This document shows, in pieces, positions 31,353 through 43,566 of a DNA stretch of 64,000 bases. The stretch's first letter is position 1. Each line of letters opens with the position of its first letter. The DNA is from Occultella glacieicola (GTDB lineage Bacteria; Actinomycetota; Actinomycetes; Actinomycetales; Beutenbergiaceae), in the NCBI RefSeq assembly GCF_004353825.1, contig NZ_SMNA01000003.1, forward strand, positions 372,001-436,000. Direction: 5' to 3'. The translations under genes were made by a program, and so were the position numbers. The notes under the pieces were generated by a model that saw nothing but the letters and a program-made list of their open reading frames with translations, was not told the origin of the DNA and did not search any database.

Positions 31353-32366
31353 ATGGCCGCGCGCAGGGACTGGAGCGAGTCCGACGTCCGGGTGCGCCCG
31401 AACCCGAAGGGGAACCGGCCGCGCACGAAGCAGCGGCCGGAGCACTCGGACGCCGAGCAGGCGCTCGTCCTGGCCGTGGACCGTGGCCGCTACCAGCTGC
31501 TCACCGACGACGCCCTGCGCGTGGTCGCGATGAAGGCACGCGAGCTCGGTCGGGCGTCGATCGTGGTGGGCGACCGGGTGGACGTGGTCGGCGACACCTC
31601 CGGCGCGAAGGACACCCTGGCCCGGGTGGTGCGCGTGCACGAACGGCGCACGCTGCTGCGCCGCTCCGCGGACGACTCCGACGTCATCGAGCGGGTCATC
31701 GTCGCGAACGCCGACCAACTCGTCATCGTCACCGCCCTGGCGGACCCGGAGCCGCGGCCCCGGATGGTGGACCGCTGCCTGGTGGCCGCGTTCGACGCCG
31801 GCATGGACGCCCTGCTCTGCCTGACGAAGGCCGACCTCGCCGACCCCGGGCCGTTCACGGAGCTGTACCGGACCCTGGACGTCCCCGCGGTCGCGACCTA
31901 CCGTCAGGACGGGCGGATCCACGGCCTCGAGGAGCTTCGCGAGCAGCTGACCGGGCGGATCTCGGTGCTGGTCGGCCACTCCGGCGTCGGGAAGTCGACC
32001 CTGGTGAACGCGCTGGTCCCGGACGCCGACCGGGCCACCGGGGTGGTCAACACGACCACCGGCCGGGGTCGGCACACCTCCTCCTCGGCGGTCGCCCTGG
32101 AACTGCCCGGCGGCGGGTGGATCATCGACACCCCCGGCGTGCGCTCGTTCGGCCTGGGGCACGTGGACCCGGCCACGTTCGTGGACGCCTTCGCCGACCT
32201 CGCCGCCGTGGCGCAGGACTGCCCGCGCGGCTGCACGCACGCCGCCGACGCCCCGGACTGCGCGCTGGATGAGTGGGTGGCCTCCGGTGCCGCAGGCCCG
32301 GCCGGCGAAGCCCGCCTCGAGTCGTTCCGCCGGCTCCTCGCGAGCCGCTCCGGCGACCCCGACTGA
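31353..32366 (+). CDS. rsgA: ribosome small subunit-dependent GTPase A
   Basis: circularly permuted TKAD...GHSGVGKST...GRHT...DTPG, CPRGCTH...C. Confidence 0.95.
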   Translation: MAARRDWSESDVRVRPNPKGNRPRTKQRPEHSDAEQALVLAVDRGRYQLLTDDALRVVAMKARELGRASIVVGDRVDVVGDTSGAKDTLARVVRVHERRTLLRRSADDSDVIERVIVANADQLVIVTALADPEPRPRMVDRCLVAAFDAGMDALLCLTKADLADPGPFTELYRTLDVPAVATYRQDGRIHGLEELREQLTGRISVLVGHSGVGKSTLVNALVPDADRATGVVNTTTGRGRHTSSSAVALELPGGGWIIDTPGVRSFGLGHVDPATFVDAFADLAAVAQDCPRGCTHAADAPDCALDEWVASGAAGPAGEARLESFRRLLASRSGDPD

Positions 32367-32384
32367 CCGCGCCCCGCCCCAGCC

Positions 32385-32460
32385 CGCTGAGATCGCACCT
32401 GACGCTGTGAGTTCGCACCGGCACCGGGTGCGAACTCACAGCGTCAGGTGCGAGGTCAGC
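32385..32460. repeat. left palindrome cluster: four 12-mers (>> <<), 27-bp perfect stem, 7-nt loop
   Basis: 32393-32419 is the exact reverse complement of 32427-32453; core TGAG(A/T)TCGCACC recurs at 20-bp pitch. Confidence 0.95.
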
Positions 32461-32524
32461 GGCGTGGACGGCGGCTGTCCACAGGGTCAAGGCACGTCGG
32501 CGCCGGGTCGGCCAGAGTGCGGGG

Positions 32525-33556
32525 ATGTCCGATGACGTCCCGGTCCCGCCCAACCTCCCCCGCACCTTCCTCACCGGTGAGCTGACCGCGAGCGTACGCG
32601 CCCGGCTGCTCGCCGAGGGCCGGCTCACGCAGGTCCGGACCGGTGCGTTCGCGATCGTGGACCCGAACGCACCACGATGGCGACGCAACCGCGCCAACGG
32701 CCTCGGTCGCTGCGTGGCTGCCGCGCGGGTCCTCTCCCGCGACCACGTGTTCGGTCACACGTCCGCCGCACTCCTGCACGGCTGCGCGTACTGGCGGATC
32801 GACGAGAAGGTCCACCTGTTCCAGGATGGCAACCCCAGTCCGCGACACACGAAGGACCTGTTCCGGCACGTCGGCGTGATCCCCGAGCCCGAACGGACGG
32901 TGGTCAACGGCCTGCCCGTCACCACCCTCGAACGGACCATCCTCGACTGTGCCCGGATCCTGCACCCGCGGGACGCGCTCATCGTCGTCGACAGTGCGCT
33001 CCGGATCCTCGTCCGGCCTGACCGGGAGGATCGACCGGGCACCGACCGCCGCACCGCGCAGGTCCGGGACGGGCTGCTCGAGCGCCTCGAGCAGCCCGAC
33101 ATGCGCCGAGGACGGCGGCAGGCCCGCGCGTTGATCGCACTCGCCGATCCCTATGCCGAGTCCGCCGGGGAGTCCGCGGTCCGCTGGCTCGCGCTCGCCC
33201 GCGGCCTGCCGGTCCCGGTCTGCCAGTGCCCGGTCCCGGCCGAGGACAAGACGTACTACACCGACATGGCGTGGTACCTCAACGTGACCCGATCGGACGG
33301 GTCGGAACGGCTCGTCACGATCCACACCGAGTTCGACGGACTCCTCAAGTACCTCGGCGCGGGCCCCGACGCCGCCCGCGTGGTCAGCGAGGAGAAGGTG
33401 CGCGAGGACCGGATCCGCGCGACCGGAGCCGAGGTCGTCCGGGTGATCTGGGACGATCTGTCCCGGCCGGGTCGCGTGTTCGACCGGATCACGCAGTTCC
33501 TGCCCGTCGGTTCCGTGCATGCGCTGCGCGCCCGCGCCGAACTGTTCCGCCCGTGA
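32525..33556 (+). CDS. AbiEi-like N-terminal/central region plus C-terminal DUF559/Vsr-like PD-(D/E)xK nuclease domain
   Basis: GRLTQVRTGAF, GHTSAALLHG, GLPVTTLERTILDCAR, AESAGES, YTDMAW...EFDG..KY...EKVREDRIR..G..VVRVIWDDL. Confidence 0.78.
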   Translation: MSDDVPVPPNLPRTFLTGELTASVRARLLAEGRLTQVRTGAFAIVDPNAPRWRRNRANGLGRCVAAARVLSRDHVFGHTSAALLHGCAYWRIDEKVHLFQDGNPSPRHTKDLFRHVGVIPEPERTVVNGLPVTTLERTILDCARILHPRDALIVVDSALRILVRPDREDRPGTDRRTAQVRDGLLERLEQPDMRRGRRQARALIALADPYAESAGESAVRWLALARGLPVPVCQCPVPAEDKTYYTDMAWYLNVTRSDGSERLVTIHTEFDGLLKYLGAGPDAARVVSEEKVREDRIRATGAEVVRVIWDDLSRPGRVFDRITQFLPVGSVHALRARAELFRP

Positions 33557-33627
33557 CCCCGCACTCCACACACTGAGATCGCACCACCCGACGGTGCGAT
33601 CTCAATGCCGCACGTGCGATCTCAGCG
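33554..33627. repeat. right palindrome cluster: four related 12-mers (>> <<), 7-nt loop
   Basis: TGACCCCGCACT (33554), TGAGATCGCACC (33574), GGTGCGATCTCA (33593), cGTGCGATCTCA (33613). Confidence 0.88.
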
Positions 33628-33632
33628 ACATC

Positions 33633-33702
33633 TGGGGGTGGACGGGGCGGGGGGGGTGGGGTCAGGCGCGGTGGGGGTGGGTTCAGGCGCGGTGGGTGAG
33701 GG
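33633..33702 (+). repeat. G-rich tract containing a 21-bp-period duplication of the sdhB 3' end
   Basis: TCAGGCGCGGTGGG at 33662-33675 and 33683-33696; several G3-G8 runs. Confidence 0.7.
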
Positions 33703-34425
33703 CGCCGAGGACGTCGCGGTTCAGGCGGGAGATCAGGTCGATCTGGATGCCCTTCGGGCAGGCGGCCGTGCACTCGCCGATCTGGGTGCAGCCGCCGAAA
33801 CCCTCGAGGTCGGCCTGGGCGACCATATCCAGCGCCCGCGAGTGCCGCTCCGGCTGACCCTGCGGGAGCAGCCCGAGGTGGGTCACCTTGGCGGCCACGA
33901 ACAGGGACGCCGATCCGTTCGGGCAGGCCGCCACGCAGGCGCCGCAGCCGATGCAGGTGGCGGCGTCGAACGCGGCGTCCGCGTCGGCCTTCGGCACCGG
34001 CACGGCGTGCGCGTCCGGCGCGGTGCCGGTCGGTGCCGTGATGAAGCCACCGGCCTGGATGATCCGGTCGAAGGCGCCGCGGTCGACGATCAGGTCCTTG
34101 ATCACCGTGAACGGCTCGGCCCGCCACGGCTCGACGTCGATCACGTCGCCGTCGGAGAACGAGCGCATGTGCAGCTGACAGGTGGTGACGCGTTCCTTCG
34201 GGCCGTGGGCCAGGCCGTTGATGACCAGGCCGCACATCCCGCAGATGCCTTCGCGGCAGTCGCTGTCGAAGGCGATCGGGTCCTCGCCCGCGATCGTGAG
34301 GTTCTCGTTGAGGACGTCCAGCATCTCCAGGAACGACATGTCCGGGGACACGTCGGTGACCTGGTAGGTCTGCATCCCCCCGGCGTCGTCGCTGTTGCGC
34401 TGACGCCACACCCGCAACGTGATGT

Positions 34426-34429
<4 letters not shown>
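33683..34429 (-). CDS. sdhB: succinate dehydrogenase/fumarate reductase Fe-S subunit
   Basis: [39 protein letters not shown] overlap with sdhA. Confidence 0.95.
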
Positions 34430-36382
<1,953 letters not shown>

Positions 36383-36390
<8 letters not shown>

Positions 36391-37108
36391 CCAATCCGAG
36401 GAGAACTGCGTAGGGCGGGATCAGGAAGCCCACCACGATCACGGCCGCGACCACGACCGCGACGATGTTGAGGTTCTTGCGGCGCTTCGGGCTGGTGTTC
36501 GCACCGAGGGTGGCCATCGCGGCCCAGATCCCGTGCCGCAGGTGGAACGCGAGGGCGATCAGCGCGATCGTGTAGCTGAGCACCACCCACCAGATGCTGA
36601 AGCCGTTCACGACCCGTTCGTAGGGGCTGTCCGAGGCCCCGCCCGGGGCGATCGTGTTCGTGGTCAGGTGGAGCAGGTGGTAGATCACGAACAGCGCGAT
36701 GGTGACCCCGCCCCAGCGGAGCGTGAACGAGGCGTAGCTGCGCTGCGCGCCCCGCGGTGCCTTCGAGCTGGCGTAGCGGGCCCCACCCTTGCCCCCGGTC
36801 GCCCTCCGGGCCCGGCGCCACAGGATGATCGCCGATACGGCGTGCACCACGATGGCCGCGAGCAGGACGACCCGGATGATCCAGAGCGCTCCCCCGTACG
36901 GCAGGATCGGTTCGCCGAGCTCACGCAGGTGGTGGGAGTAGCTGTCGAAAGCGTCCTGGCCCTCGAAGACCTTCAGGTTCCCGTACATGTGCGCGAGCAG
37001 GAACAGGATCAGGACGAGGCCGCTGATCGCCATCGCGACCTTCAGCAGTGGTGTGGACCTCCACACCGATCCGGCCCTGGGGGATGAACTCACCGTACGC
37101 GTTGCCAC
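36383..37108 (-). CDS. sdhC: succinate dehydrogenase cytochrome b subunit (single anchor subunit)
   Basis: [16 protein letters not shown], five TM spans with His ligands, FHLRHG; TAAGTT -10 7 nt before GTG 37108. Confidence 0.93.
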
Positions 37109-37181
37109 GGCGTCTAACTTAGCCCTTCCCGAGGGTGCGCGTGACACGGGCCGGCCGGGAGGTGACGGACTGTCGCGATTC

Positions 37182-38021
37182 TCACGCGGAGGGCGGCCCG
37201 AGGTCCACCACCCGCTCGATGAGGCTCACGTGCCACCGGCCGAGGTTGCTCGTGAACAGGTCGGCGCCGCGGAACGCCACATTCGTCGGGTGACACAGCA
37301 GGTGCGCGGTCCGGTCGGCCGCCACGGTCGTCACCGATCCGGCGGCCGGGTCCACCCGGAGCACCTGCGACGGTTCGTAGCACCCCACGTACACGGCGCC
37401 GTCCGGTCCCACCGCGACGCCGTCGGGCAGCACCCCGGGCAGGTGCGCCACCCGTTCGGCCCGTCCAGGGCCGCCGTCGGCGTCGATCGCGATCCGGGTG
37501 ATCGCGGACGCGAACGTCTCCGCCACGTACAGGTCCCGGCCCGACGGCGTCAGCGCGAGTCCGTTCGCGAAGTCCAGGTCGTGGGGGTACCACAGGCCGC
37601 CGGTGCCGTCCGGTGCGAACCGGTACACGCCGGGGGCCGGCTCGCCCTGCGCACCGGAGTCGGAGACGTAGACCGTGCCGTCGGCGGCCACGGCGATCGC
37701 GTTCGGGGTCACGAACGGCCGGTCCCCGCCGGTGCTGAACACCTCGACCACCCGCGTGGCCACGTGCAGTCGGTGCACGGCACGCGCCTTCAGGTCGCAC
37801 GCGTAGAGGACGTCGCCGCCCGGGGTGAGGCTCACCCCGAGGATGAAGCCGCCGGTGGTCGCGACCACCTCGAGCGTGGCTCCGTCGGGGTCGATCCGGT
37901 AGAGCTGGCCCGCCTCACCGCCGCACCAGATGCTGCCGTCGGGATGCACCGCGATCCCTTCGGGGTGATCCAGCTGCGGGTCGGTCAGGGTCCCGTCGTG
38001 GAACACACGTACCGTCGCCAT
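37182..38021 (-). CDS. SMP-30/gluconolactonase family protein
   Basis: HPEG, TPN, FANGL, LPDG, PTNVAF. Confidence 0.88.
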   Translation of the reverse strand: MATVRVFHDGTLTDPQLDHPEGIAVHPDGSIWCGGEAGQLYRIDPDGATLEVVATTGGFILGVSLTPGGDVLYACDLKARAVHRLHVATRVVEVFSTGGDRPFVTPNAIAVAADGTVYVSDSGAQGEPAPGVYRFAPDGTGGLWYPHDLDFANGLALTPSGRDLYVAETFASAITRIAIDADGGPGRAERVAHLPGVLPDGVAVGPDGAVYVGCYEPSQVLRVDPAAGSVTTVAADRTAHLLCHPTNVAFRGADLFTSNLGRWHVSLIERVVDLGPPSA

Positions 38022-38053
38022 CGCGTCCTACCTCCTTGTGGGTCGGCGTCGGG

Positions 38054-39136
38054 TCATCCCGCCTCGACCAGGCTCGCCGCGATCGTCGCGGTCCGGCGCT
38101 CGCCGCCGGTCAGGTGCAGCAGGTCGGCGCCGGCGGCCCCGGCCACGCCGTGGCCCGGGATCGTGCTGGCGGGTTCGATCGCGCAGACGTACGCCTGCCG
38201 CCACCACGGGTGCCCGGGGCTGGCGTGCATCTCCTGCCAGAACCACGCGTGCGGCCACACGGCCGCGTCCCAGGACAGCCGCACGCCAAGTCCGAGGCGA
38301 GGATTCGAGATCTCGTACCAGGCGCCGTCGGGCCCGAGATCGGTGAGGTAGCCGAACGTGGCGACCCGCTCACCCGGGCCGGGGACCACGGACAGGTCCC
38401 GCGTCGAGGAGTCCGCGGCGACCACCCGTGGCCAGGCGCCGCGGGCGCCGGAGCCGAGGTGCGTTCCCGGTGTGAGCTCGTCGGCGACGAACGTGCCGGC
38501 GCCGGTGCTGATCCGCGCCCCGGCGCCCAGGAGCGGCGCCCCGAACGCCGGGTGGTGTGACCACATCACCCCGATCGCGTCCGGCCCGGTGTTCTCCAGC
38601 GTCTCGGTGATCGCGACGGCGGCCCCGGTGAGCCGGATGGTCCGGTCCAGGCGCAGCGGGGCCGCGGTCAGCCGGGTCTGCGCCCGCAACCACGCGGTGT
38701 CGCCGTCGGTCCCGGTGCCGGTGACCTGCCACGGGATGCGGGAGGCCTCGCCGTGGAAACCCCAGGTGCCTCCACCGGGCGCGGGGGACGCGGCGCCCCC
38801 GTTCGGGCAGAGCACCTGCCAGCCGCCGGGGTAGCGCTCCAGCCATTGGGGCTCGTCGACGGCGTTCCAGGCCCCGGTCGCGCGCGGCGGGATACCCCAG
38901 GGCGCCCGGAACAGCACGTCCACGCCGGTCCGGGCATCGACGAACGAGACGAGATCGCAGCCCTTCTCGGGCAGCACCGTGAGCTCGGCCGCGGCGGTCC
39001 GCAGGACGACGCCGTGCCAGCCCTGGTCGAGGACGACCCGCGCCACCCCGGTCTCGCTCGCGGCGCCCCCGGCGACGACATCACCTCCACTGTCGGCACT
39101 GTCCGCACCATCGGCACCCGTCGGACGCTCGCCCAT
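38054..39136 (-). CDS. galactose-mutarotase-like (aldose epimerase superfamily) protein
   Basis: YPGGWQVLCPNGG, FHGEAS, MWSHHPAFG, CAIEP; AAGGAG RBS before ATG 39136. Confidence 0.75.
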   Translation of the reverse strand: MGERPTGADGADSADSGGDVVAGGAASETGVARVVLDQGWHGVVLRTAAAELTVLPEKGCDLVSFVDARTGVDVLFRAPWGIPPRATGAWNAVDEPQWLERYPGGWQVLCPNGGAASPAPGGGTWGFHGEASRIPWQVTGTGTDGDTAWLRAQTRLTAAPLRLDRTIRLTGAAVAITETLENTGPDAIGVMWSHHPAFGAPLLGAGARISTGAGTFVADELTPGTHLGSGARGAWPRVVAADSSTRDLSVVPGPGERVATFGYLTDLGPDGAWYEISNPRLGLGVRLSWDAAVWPHAWFWQEMHASPGHPWWRQAYVCAIEPASTIPGHGVAGAAGADLLHLTGGERRTATIAASLVEAG

Positions 39137-39141
39137 CGCGC

Positions 39142-41220
39142 TCAGCTCCTTCGCAGCCGGTCGCCGACGACGTCGTAGCTCACGCCACCGACCCGCAGGC
39201 CGCGCAGCGCCGCCTGCGGATCGAGCTGCTCCACGCAGCCGTCCACCGACACCGTGCCGTCCCAGGCCACGTGGACCCCGAAGATCCCGGAGATCACCAG
39301 TTCCACCCAGGAGCCGGCCGAGGAGCAGGACCAGTCGATCAGGTACGGGAACTGCGGCGGCGTCTTGCGCGCACCCCCGTTGACCGGCTCGGCGGCCTCC
39401 TCGACGAAGTGCGCCTGCCCGGGCGGCCCCTGGTTCGCCGACCGGGCCAGGCCCGGCAGCCACTCCAGGACCACCTCGGGGTGGCCCAGCGCGATCGCGG
39501 ACCGAGCCGCGTCCGGCGGCCAGGCCGGGTAGGCGCCGTTCCACTGATGGTCGGCGCGCAGCGAGTAGCCGGCGTCCGCGTCGAACGGCGAGAGCGCCCG
39601 CATCCAGGACGGGGTGCGCAGCTCGTCGGTGAAGAACCGCACCATCTCGTCACGGACCCGCTCCGGCAGGTCCGCGGCGATGGTGGTGCCGACCGTCGCG
39701 AAGTCGTAGCAGTGCCGGGTCGGGACGAGCGAGCCGTCGGGCTGGCGGGCATGGAAGTACCCGGAGCCGGGCAGGTACAGGTCCTTGACCTTCCCCACGA
39801 GGTCCTCGGCCTCGGCGCGCAGCACCGCCGCCTCCTGCGCGTCCCCCTCGAGCTCAGCGAGGTCGGCCGCCGTCCGCAGGCACCACACGTTCGCGGCGTT
39901 CAGGCTGGCGACCTCGTGCACGTAGGAACTGACGCACTCGAGCAGGTTGTCGATCTCGCCGTAGTCGGCGAGGCCGCTCGCGGAGCGGATCCGGTGCCAG
40001 GCCCGGGCCCACATCCGGACGTCGTCGGCGAGTCGCTGCGTGACGCCGTCGGCCGCGGTCAGGGCCTCGTCGAGGAAGGCACGGTCCCCGGTGAACGCGA
40101 CGTAGTCGCGCACGAGCCGGGTCATGGCGTAGTGGTTGACGGAGTACCAGTAGCCGACCGGGCCGCCGGTGAGCCACTCGGTGCCGAAGTGCTTGTCGAT
40201 GTCCAGGCCCACCCAGTGCGCGATCTGGCGGCGCATCACGCCCGGGTCGAGCAGCGCGTGCACCTGGGAGGACAGCGAGTAGTCCCAGATGAACGTGGTC
40301 GTCTGCCAGTACCGCGGCATCAGGGTGTCGTAGGTGCGTCCGAGCACGGAGGCCGGGTTGTCCCGCTTGAACCACAGCACTCCGACGGCGCCCCACCAGT
40401 ACAGCCGCCGCAGTGCGTCGTCGCTCGTCTCGAGCAGCGGCAGGGAGCCGCCGAACTCGTCGTCGTCCGGGTCGAACATGGCCGCGATCTGCCGGTCCCA
40501 CTCGGCCTCGCTGGCCCGCGCCGCGTCGGGCAGTCCGGCCGCCAGGCGGTCCGCGACCTGCGCTGCCTCCCCCGGGTCCGCCGCCACGGCGTGCACGTAG
40601 CCGAAGGCGACGGTGGCGCCCGCGGGCACCTGCGCCACCACCTCGACGAGGTGCGCCGGACCGTCCACGGTCCGGACGCCGTCGGGCAGGACGAGTTCCT
40701 GCACCGCGGTGGCGCTGCCGTCGGTCGCGACGACCCGGGTGCCGGTCCGGGTGAGGGTGTTCGCGGCCTGCGGCGGCTCGGCGGAGCGCCACGGCCCGGC
40801 CTGCTTCGTCACCGTGGACGCGAGCCACACGCCGAGCCGCAGTTCCCGGGCGGCGCCGGTGGTCTCGGTCACCTCGATCTCGACGACGACGCCCGGTTCA
40901 CCGGGCGGGCACACGGTGACGGTGCTGATCTCCCAGTCGTCGATGGTGGTGGTGCGCTCCACCCGGTCCGGGCGCCAGCGCACGTTCACGGGCCGGCCGT
41001 AGGACCGGGCCAGGCGGCCCCCGAGGTAGAGCTGGCCGGAGATCGAGTCACCCTGCGAGACGGGCGGGACGTTCAGGCTCCGGACGGCGACGACGTCGTG
41101 GTCGACCTGGGCGGTGGCCCAGTGGTTGGTCAGCCCGGGCGGGTTGACCATGTCGTCGAAGGCGTCGACGACGACGTCGCCGGCGAGGTCCGCGCAGTTC
41201 GGGACGAGATGGTGGGTCAC
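39142..41220 (-). CDS. putative six-hairpin (alpha/alpha)6 glycoside hydrolase, family unassigned
   Basis: 692 aa, aromatic-rich; FIWD motif, NLLEC, ASLNAANVW, DHQWNGAYPAW; lies in a sugar ABC operon. Confidence 0.6.
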   Translation of the reverse strand: MTHHLVPNCADLAGDVVVDAFDDMVNPPGLTNHWATAQVDHDVVAVRSLNVPPVSQGDSISGQLYLGGRLARSYGRPVNVRWRPDRVERTTTIDDWEISTVTVCPPGEPGVVVEIEVTETTGAARELRLGVWLASTVTKQAGPWRSAEPPQAANTLTRTGTRVVATDGSATAVQELVLPDGVRTVDGPAHLVEVVAQVPAGATVAFGYVHAVAADPGEAAQVADRLAAGLPDAARASEAEWDRQIAAMFDPDDDEFGGSLPLLETSDDALRRLYWWGAVGVLWFKRDNPASVLGRTYDTLMPRYWQTTTFIWDYSLSSQVHALLDPGVMRRQIAHWVGLDIDKHFGTEWLTGGPVGYWYSVNHYAMTRLVRDYVAFTGDRAFLDEALTAADGVTQRLADDVRMWARAWHRIRSASGLADYGEIDNLLECVSSYVHEVASLNAANVWCLRTAADLAELEGDAQEAAVLRAEAEDLVGKVKDLYLPGSGYFHARQPDGSLVPTRHCYDFATVGTTIAADLPERVRDEMVRFFTDELRTPSWMRALSPFDADAGYSLRADHQWNGAYPAWPPDAARSAIALGHPEVVLEWLPGLARSANQGPPGQAHFVEEAAEPVNGGARKTPPQFPYLIDWSCSSAGSWVELVISGIFGVHVAWDGTVSVDGCVEQLDPQAALRGLRVGGVSYDVVGDRLRRS

Positions 41221-42257
41221 GGCTGTCCTTGGGTCGGGAGTTTCGCGGGCAGGGTTTCCGGGCCGGCGGCCGCCCGGCGGAGGCGGTCGGCGAGCCAGCC
41301 GGCCAGGTGCGCGTCGTCGTGGGCGCCGCCGGCCTCGTGGCCGCCGTACGGCCAGGTGCGGACCTCGGGTGCGACCGCCTCGATGGCATTGATCGCACCG
41401 AAGATGCCCGACGGCGGGCAGATCGCGTCCGCCAGGCCGACCGAGATCCACGTGGGGCAGGTCAGCCGCGGGGTGAGGAAGGAGACGTCGACATGATCAA
41501 GCACCGCCAGCACCTCCTCAACGCGGGTTCGGTGCACGGCCAGGTAGCGGGCGAGGTCGCCGTACGGCTCGGCGTCGGTGACCTCGACGGCCCGGGCGAT
41601 CCCGCACAGGAACGGCGCGCGGGCTCCGACGGCTGCCACCGCCGGGTTCAGGGCCGCGGCGGCTAGGGCCAGCCCGCCGCCCTGACTGTGCCCGACCGTG
41701 GCGATCCGGCTCGGGTCCGCGCCGGGCAGGTGGGCGACCGCGTCGACGGCGAGCGCGGCGTCGGTGAGCAGCCGGCGGTAGTAGAGGTGGTCGGGGTGGT
41801 CGACGCCCTTGGTGAGCAGGCCGACGGATCCCGCGGCGGAGCCATGCGGGTCCGGGGTGTCCCCGGTGTTCCAGATGCCGCCCTGGCCGCGGCTGTCCAC
41901 CACCAGCTGGGCGAACCCGTGGCTGGCCCAGATCAGGCGCTCGTGGGGCAGGCCGCGTCCGCCGCCGTAGCCGAGGAACTCGACCACCACGGGACGGCCA
42001 CCGTCCGTGCCAGGGTCCGCGACGCCGTCGGGCACCAGCCACCAGGCCCGGACGGGCTCGCCGGCGAAACCGGGGAAGCTCACGTCGTCGCAGGTGACCG
42101 TGCGCAGCCCGGCATCGACCCGCTCGGTGCGCACCGGACCGGCCGCGGCCCGGGACTCCTCGAGCGTCCGGTCCCAGTACTCGGCCAGACCCGGTGGTGC
42201 CGGCCGCGGGTTCCGGTAGGTCCGCAGCTGCTCCAGGGGCAGGTCGAACTGCACCAT
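41217..42257 (-). CDS. acetylxylan esterase / cephalosporin-C deacetylase (CE7)
   Basis: FDLPLEQL, RGQ, GHSQGG nucleophile, D..CPPS, GHE. Confidence 0.92.
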   Translation of the reverse strand: MVQFDLPLEQLRTYRNPRPAPPGLAEYWDRTLEESRAAAGPVRTERVDAGLRTVTCDDVSFPGFAGEPVRAWWLVPDGVADPGTDGGRPVVVEFLGYGGGRGLPHERLIWASHGFAQLVVDSRGQGGIWNTGDTPDPHGSAAGSVGLLTKGVDHPDHLYYRRLLTDAALAVDAVAHLPGADPSRIATVGHSQGGGLALAAAALNPAVAAVGARAPFLCGIARAVEVTDAEPYGDLARYLAVHRTRVEEVLAVLDHVDVSFLTPRLTCPTWISVGLADAICPPSGIFGAINAIEAVAPEVRTWPYGGHEAGGAHDDAHLAGWLADRLRRAAAGPETLPAKLPTQGQP

Positions 42258-42291
42258 CAGCGCCTCCCCTCGCCGCCGACCGTGGCGGTGG

Positions 42292-43566
42292 TCAGGAGGG
42301 CCATCGGGCGTACTCCGCGGCCAGGGCGTCCGGGACGCCCTCGACGGTGTGGTCGGCGTAGGAGGTGTTCGGCAGCAGCGGGTACCAGTCCGGCCGGCCG
42401 GGATCCCGGTCGTAGGGGTAGCCACCGAGCTCGCGGTAGAGCTCGGCGTACTCGGCGACCTTGTCCCGGTCCAGGGTGACCCCGAGGCCGGGCGCCGTGG
42501 GCACCGCCATCTTCCCGTCGACGTAGGGCCGCAGGCCTCCGGTGACGATGTCGTCGGTGAGGTGGTGGTAGTGCGCGTCCGCGGCGAACACCAGGTTCGG
42601 TACCACCGCGCCCAGGTGCAGCATGGTCGCGAGCTGGATCCCGAGCTCACCGGAGGAGTGCACAGCCACCCCGAGGGAGAACGCCTCGCAGATCCCGGCG
42701 GCCCGGATGCACGGCCGGATCCCGCCCCAGAACGTGGTGTCCAGCAGGATCACGTCCACGGCGGGGTCGAGCACGTTCGCGGCGAGCTGCTCGAAGTTCA
42801 CCACGACCGTGTTCGTGGCGAGCGGGACGTGGGTGTTCTCCCGGACCCGGCGCATCCCGGTGAGGGAGTAGACGGGGTCCTCGAGGTAGTCGTTGGGCAG
42901 GTCCTCGATCGCCTTCGCGAACCGGATCGAGGCCTCCACGCTGAGCGCGCCGTTCGGGTCGTAGCGGAACCGGTCCTCGGGCAGCGCCTGCGCCAGAGCA
43001 CGGTAGCCGGCCAGCTCGTAGTCGGTGTCGAACACCCCGGCCTTGAGCTTGTGCACCCGGAAGCCGTGCTTGGCCTTGAGCGCCTTCGCCTCGTCGACGA
43101 GCTGGTCGATCGTCCGGACCTCGCCGCTCCCGTCGCGCCCCGGGTACCGGTAGAACAGGTAGGACGCGAACTCGACCTCGTCGCGGACCTTCCCGCCGAG
43201 CAGGTCGTGGACCGGGAGGCCGACGTGCTGGCCGAGGAGGTCCAGGCACGCGAACTCGACGGCGGCCAGGAGCTGGGTGCGGTTGTTGTACAGGCTCGCG
43301 GTCGGGTTCGCGATCATGAACCGGAGCGTCTCGACGGCGGCCGGGTCGTGCCCGAGCAGATACGGCTTCAGCGCGAGGATCGCCTGCTCCGCGCCCTGCC
43401 CGCCGCCGCCCATCTCACCGAGGCCGATCAGGCCGTTGCTCGTCTCGATCTCCACGATCGTCCGTACGAACCGGCCCCAGTGGGCCCCGTTCGAGTGCCG
43501 CAGCGGCGCCTCGAGCGGCACCGTGACGGTGGTCGCGCGGATGTCGGCGATCCTCAGGTCGCTCAC
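42292..43566 (-). CDS. enolase-superfamily acid-sugar dehydratase, glucarate-dehydratase subgroup
   Basis: KLKAGV, DPNG, YLEDP, PLATN, VHS, ADAHY. Confidence 0.85.
   Translation of the reverse strand: MSDLRIADIRATTVTVPLEAPLRHSNGAHWGRFVRTIVEIETSNGLIGLGEMGGGGQGAEQAILALKPYLLGHDPAAVETLRFMIANPTASLYNNRTQLLAAVEFACLDLLGQHVGLPVHDLLGGKVRDEVEFASYLFYRYPGRDGSGEVRTIDQLVDEAKALKAKHGFRVHKLKAGVFDTDYELAGYRALAQALPEDRFRYDPNGALSVEASIRFAKAIEDLPNDYLEDPVYSLTGMRRVRENTHVPLATNTVVVNFEQLAANVLDPAVDVILLDTTFWGGIRPCIRAAGICEAFSLGVAVHSSGELGIQLATMLHLGAVVPNLVFAADAHYHHLTDDIVTGGLRPYVDGKMAVPTAPGLGVTLDRDKVAEYAELYRELGGYPYDRDPGRPDWYPLLPNTSYADHTVEGVPDALAAEYARWPS

Noticed and set aside
32385..33627. CRISPR array, classical IS, or plain terminators
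   Set aside because: Repeats are inverted 12-mers with 7-8 nt spacers and no cas genes; no DDE, HUH or recombinase motif and no target-site duplication; no U-tract, and a terminator would not explain the same geometry on both sides
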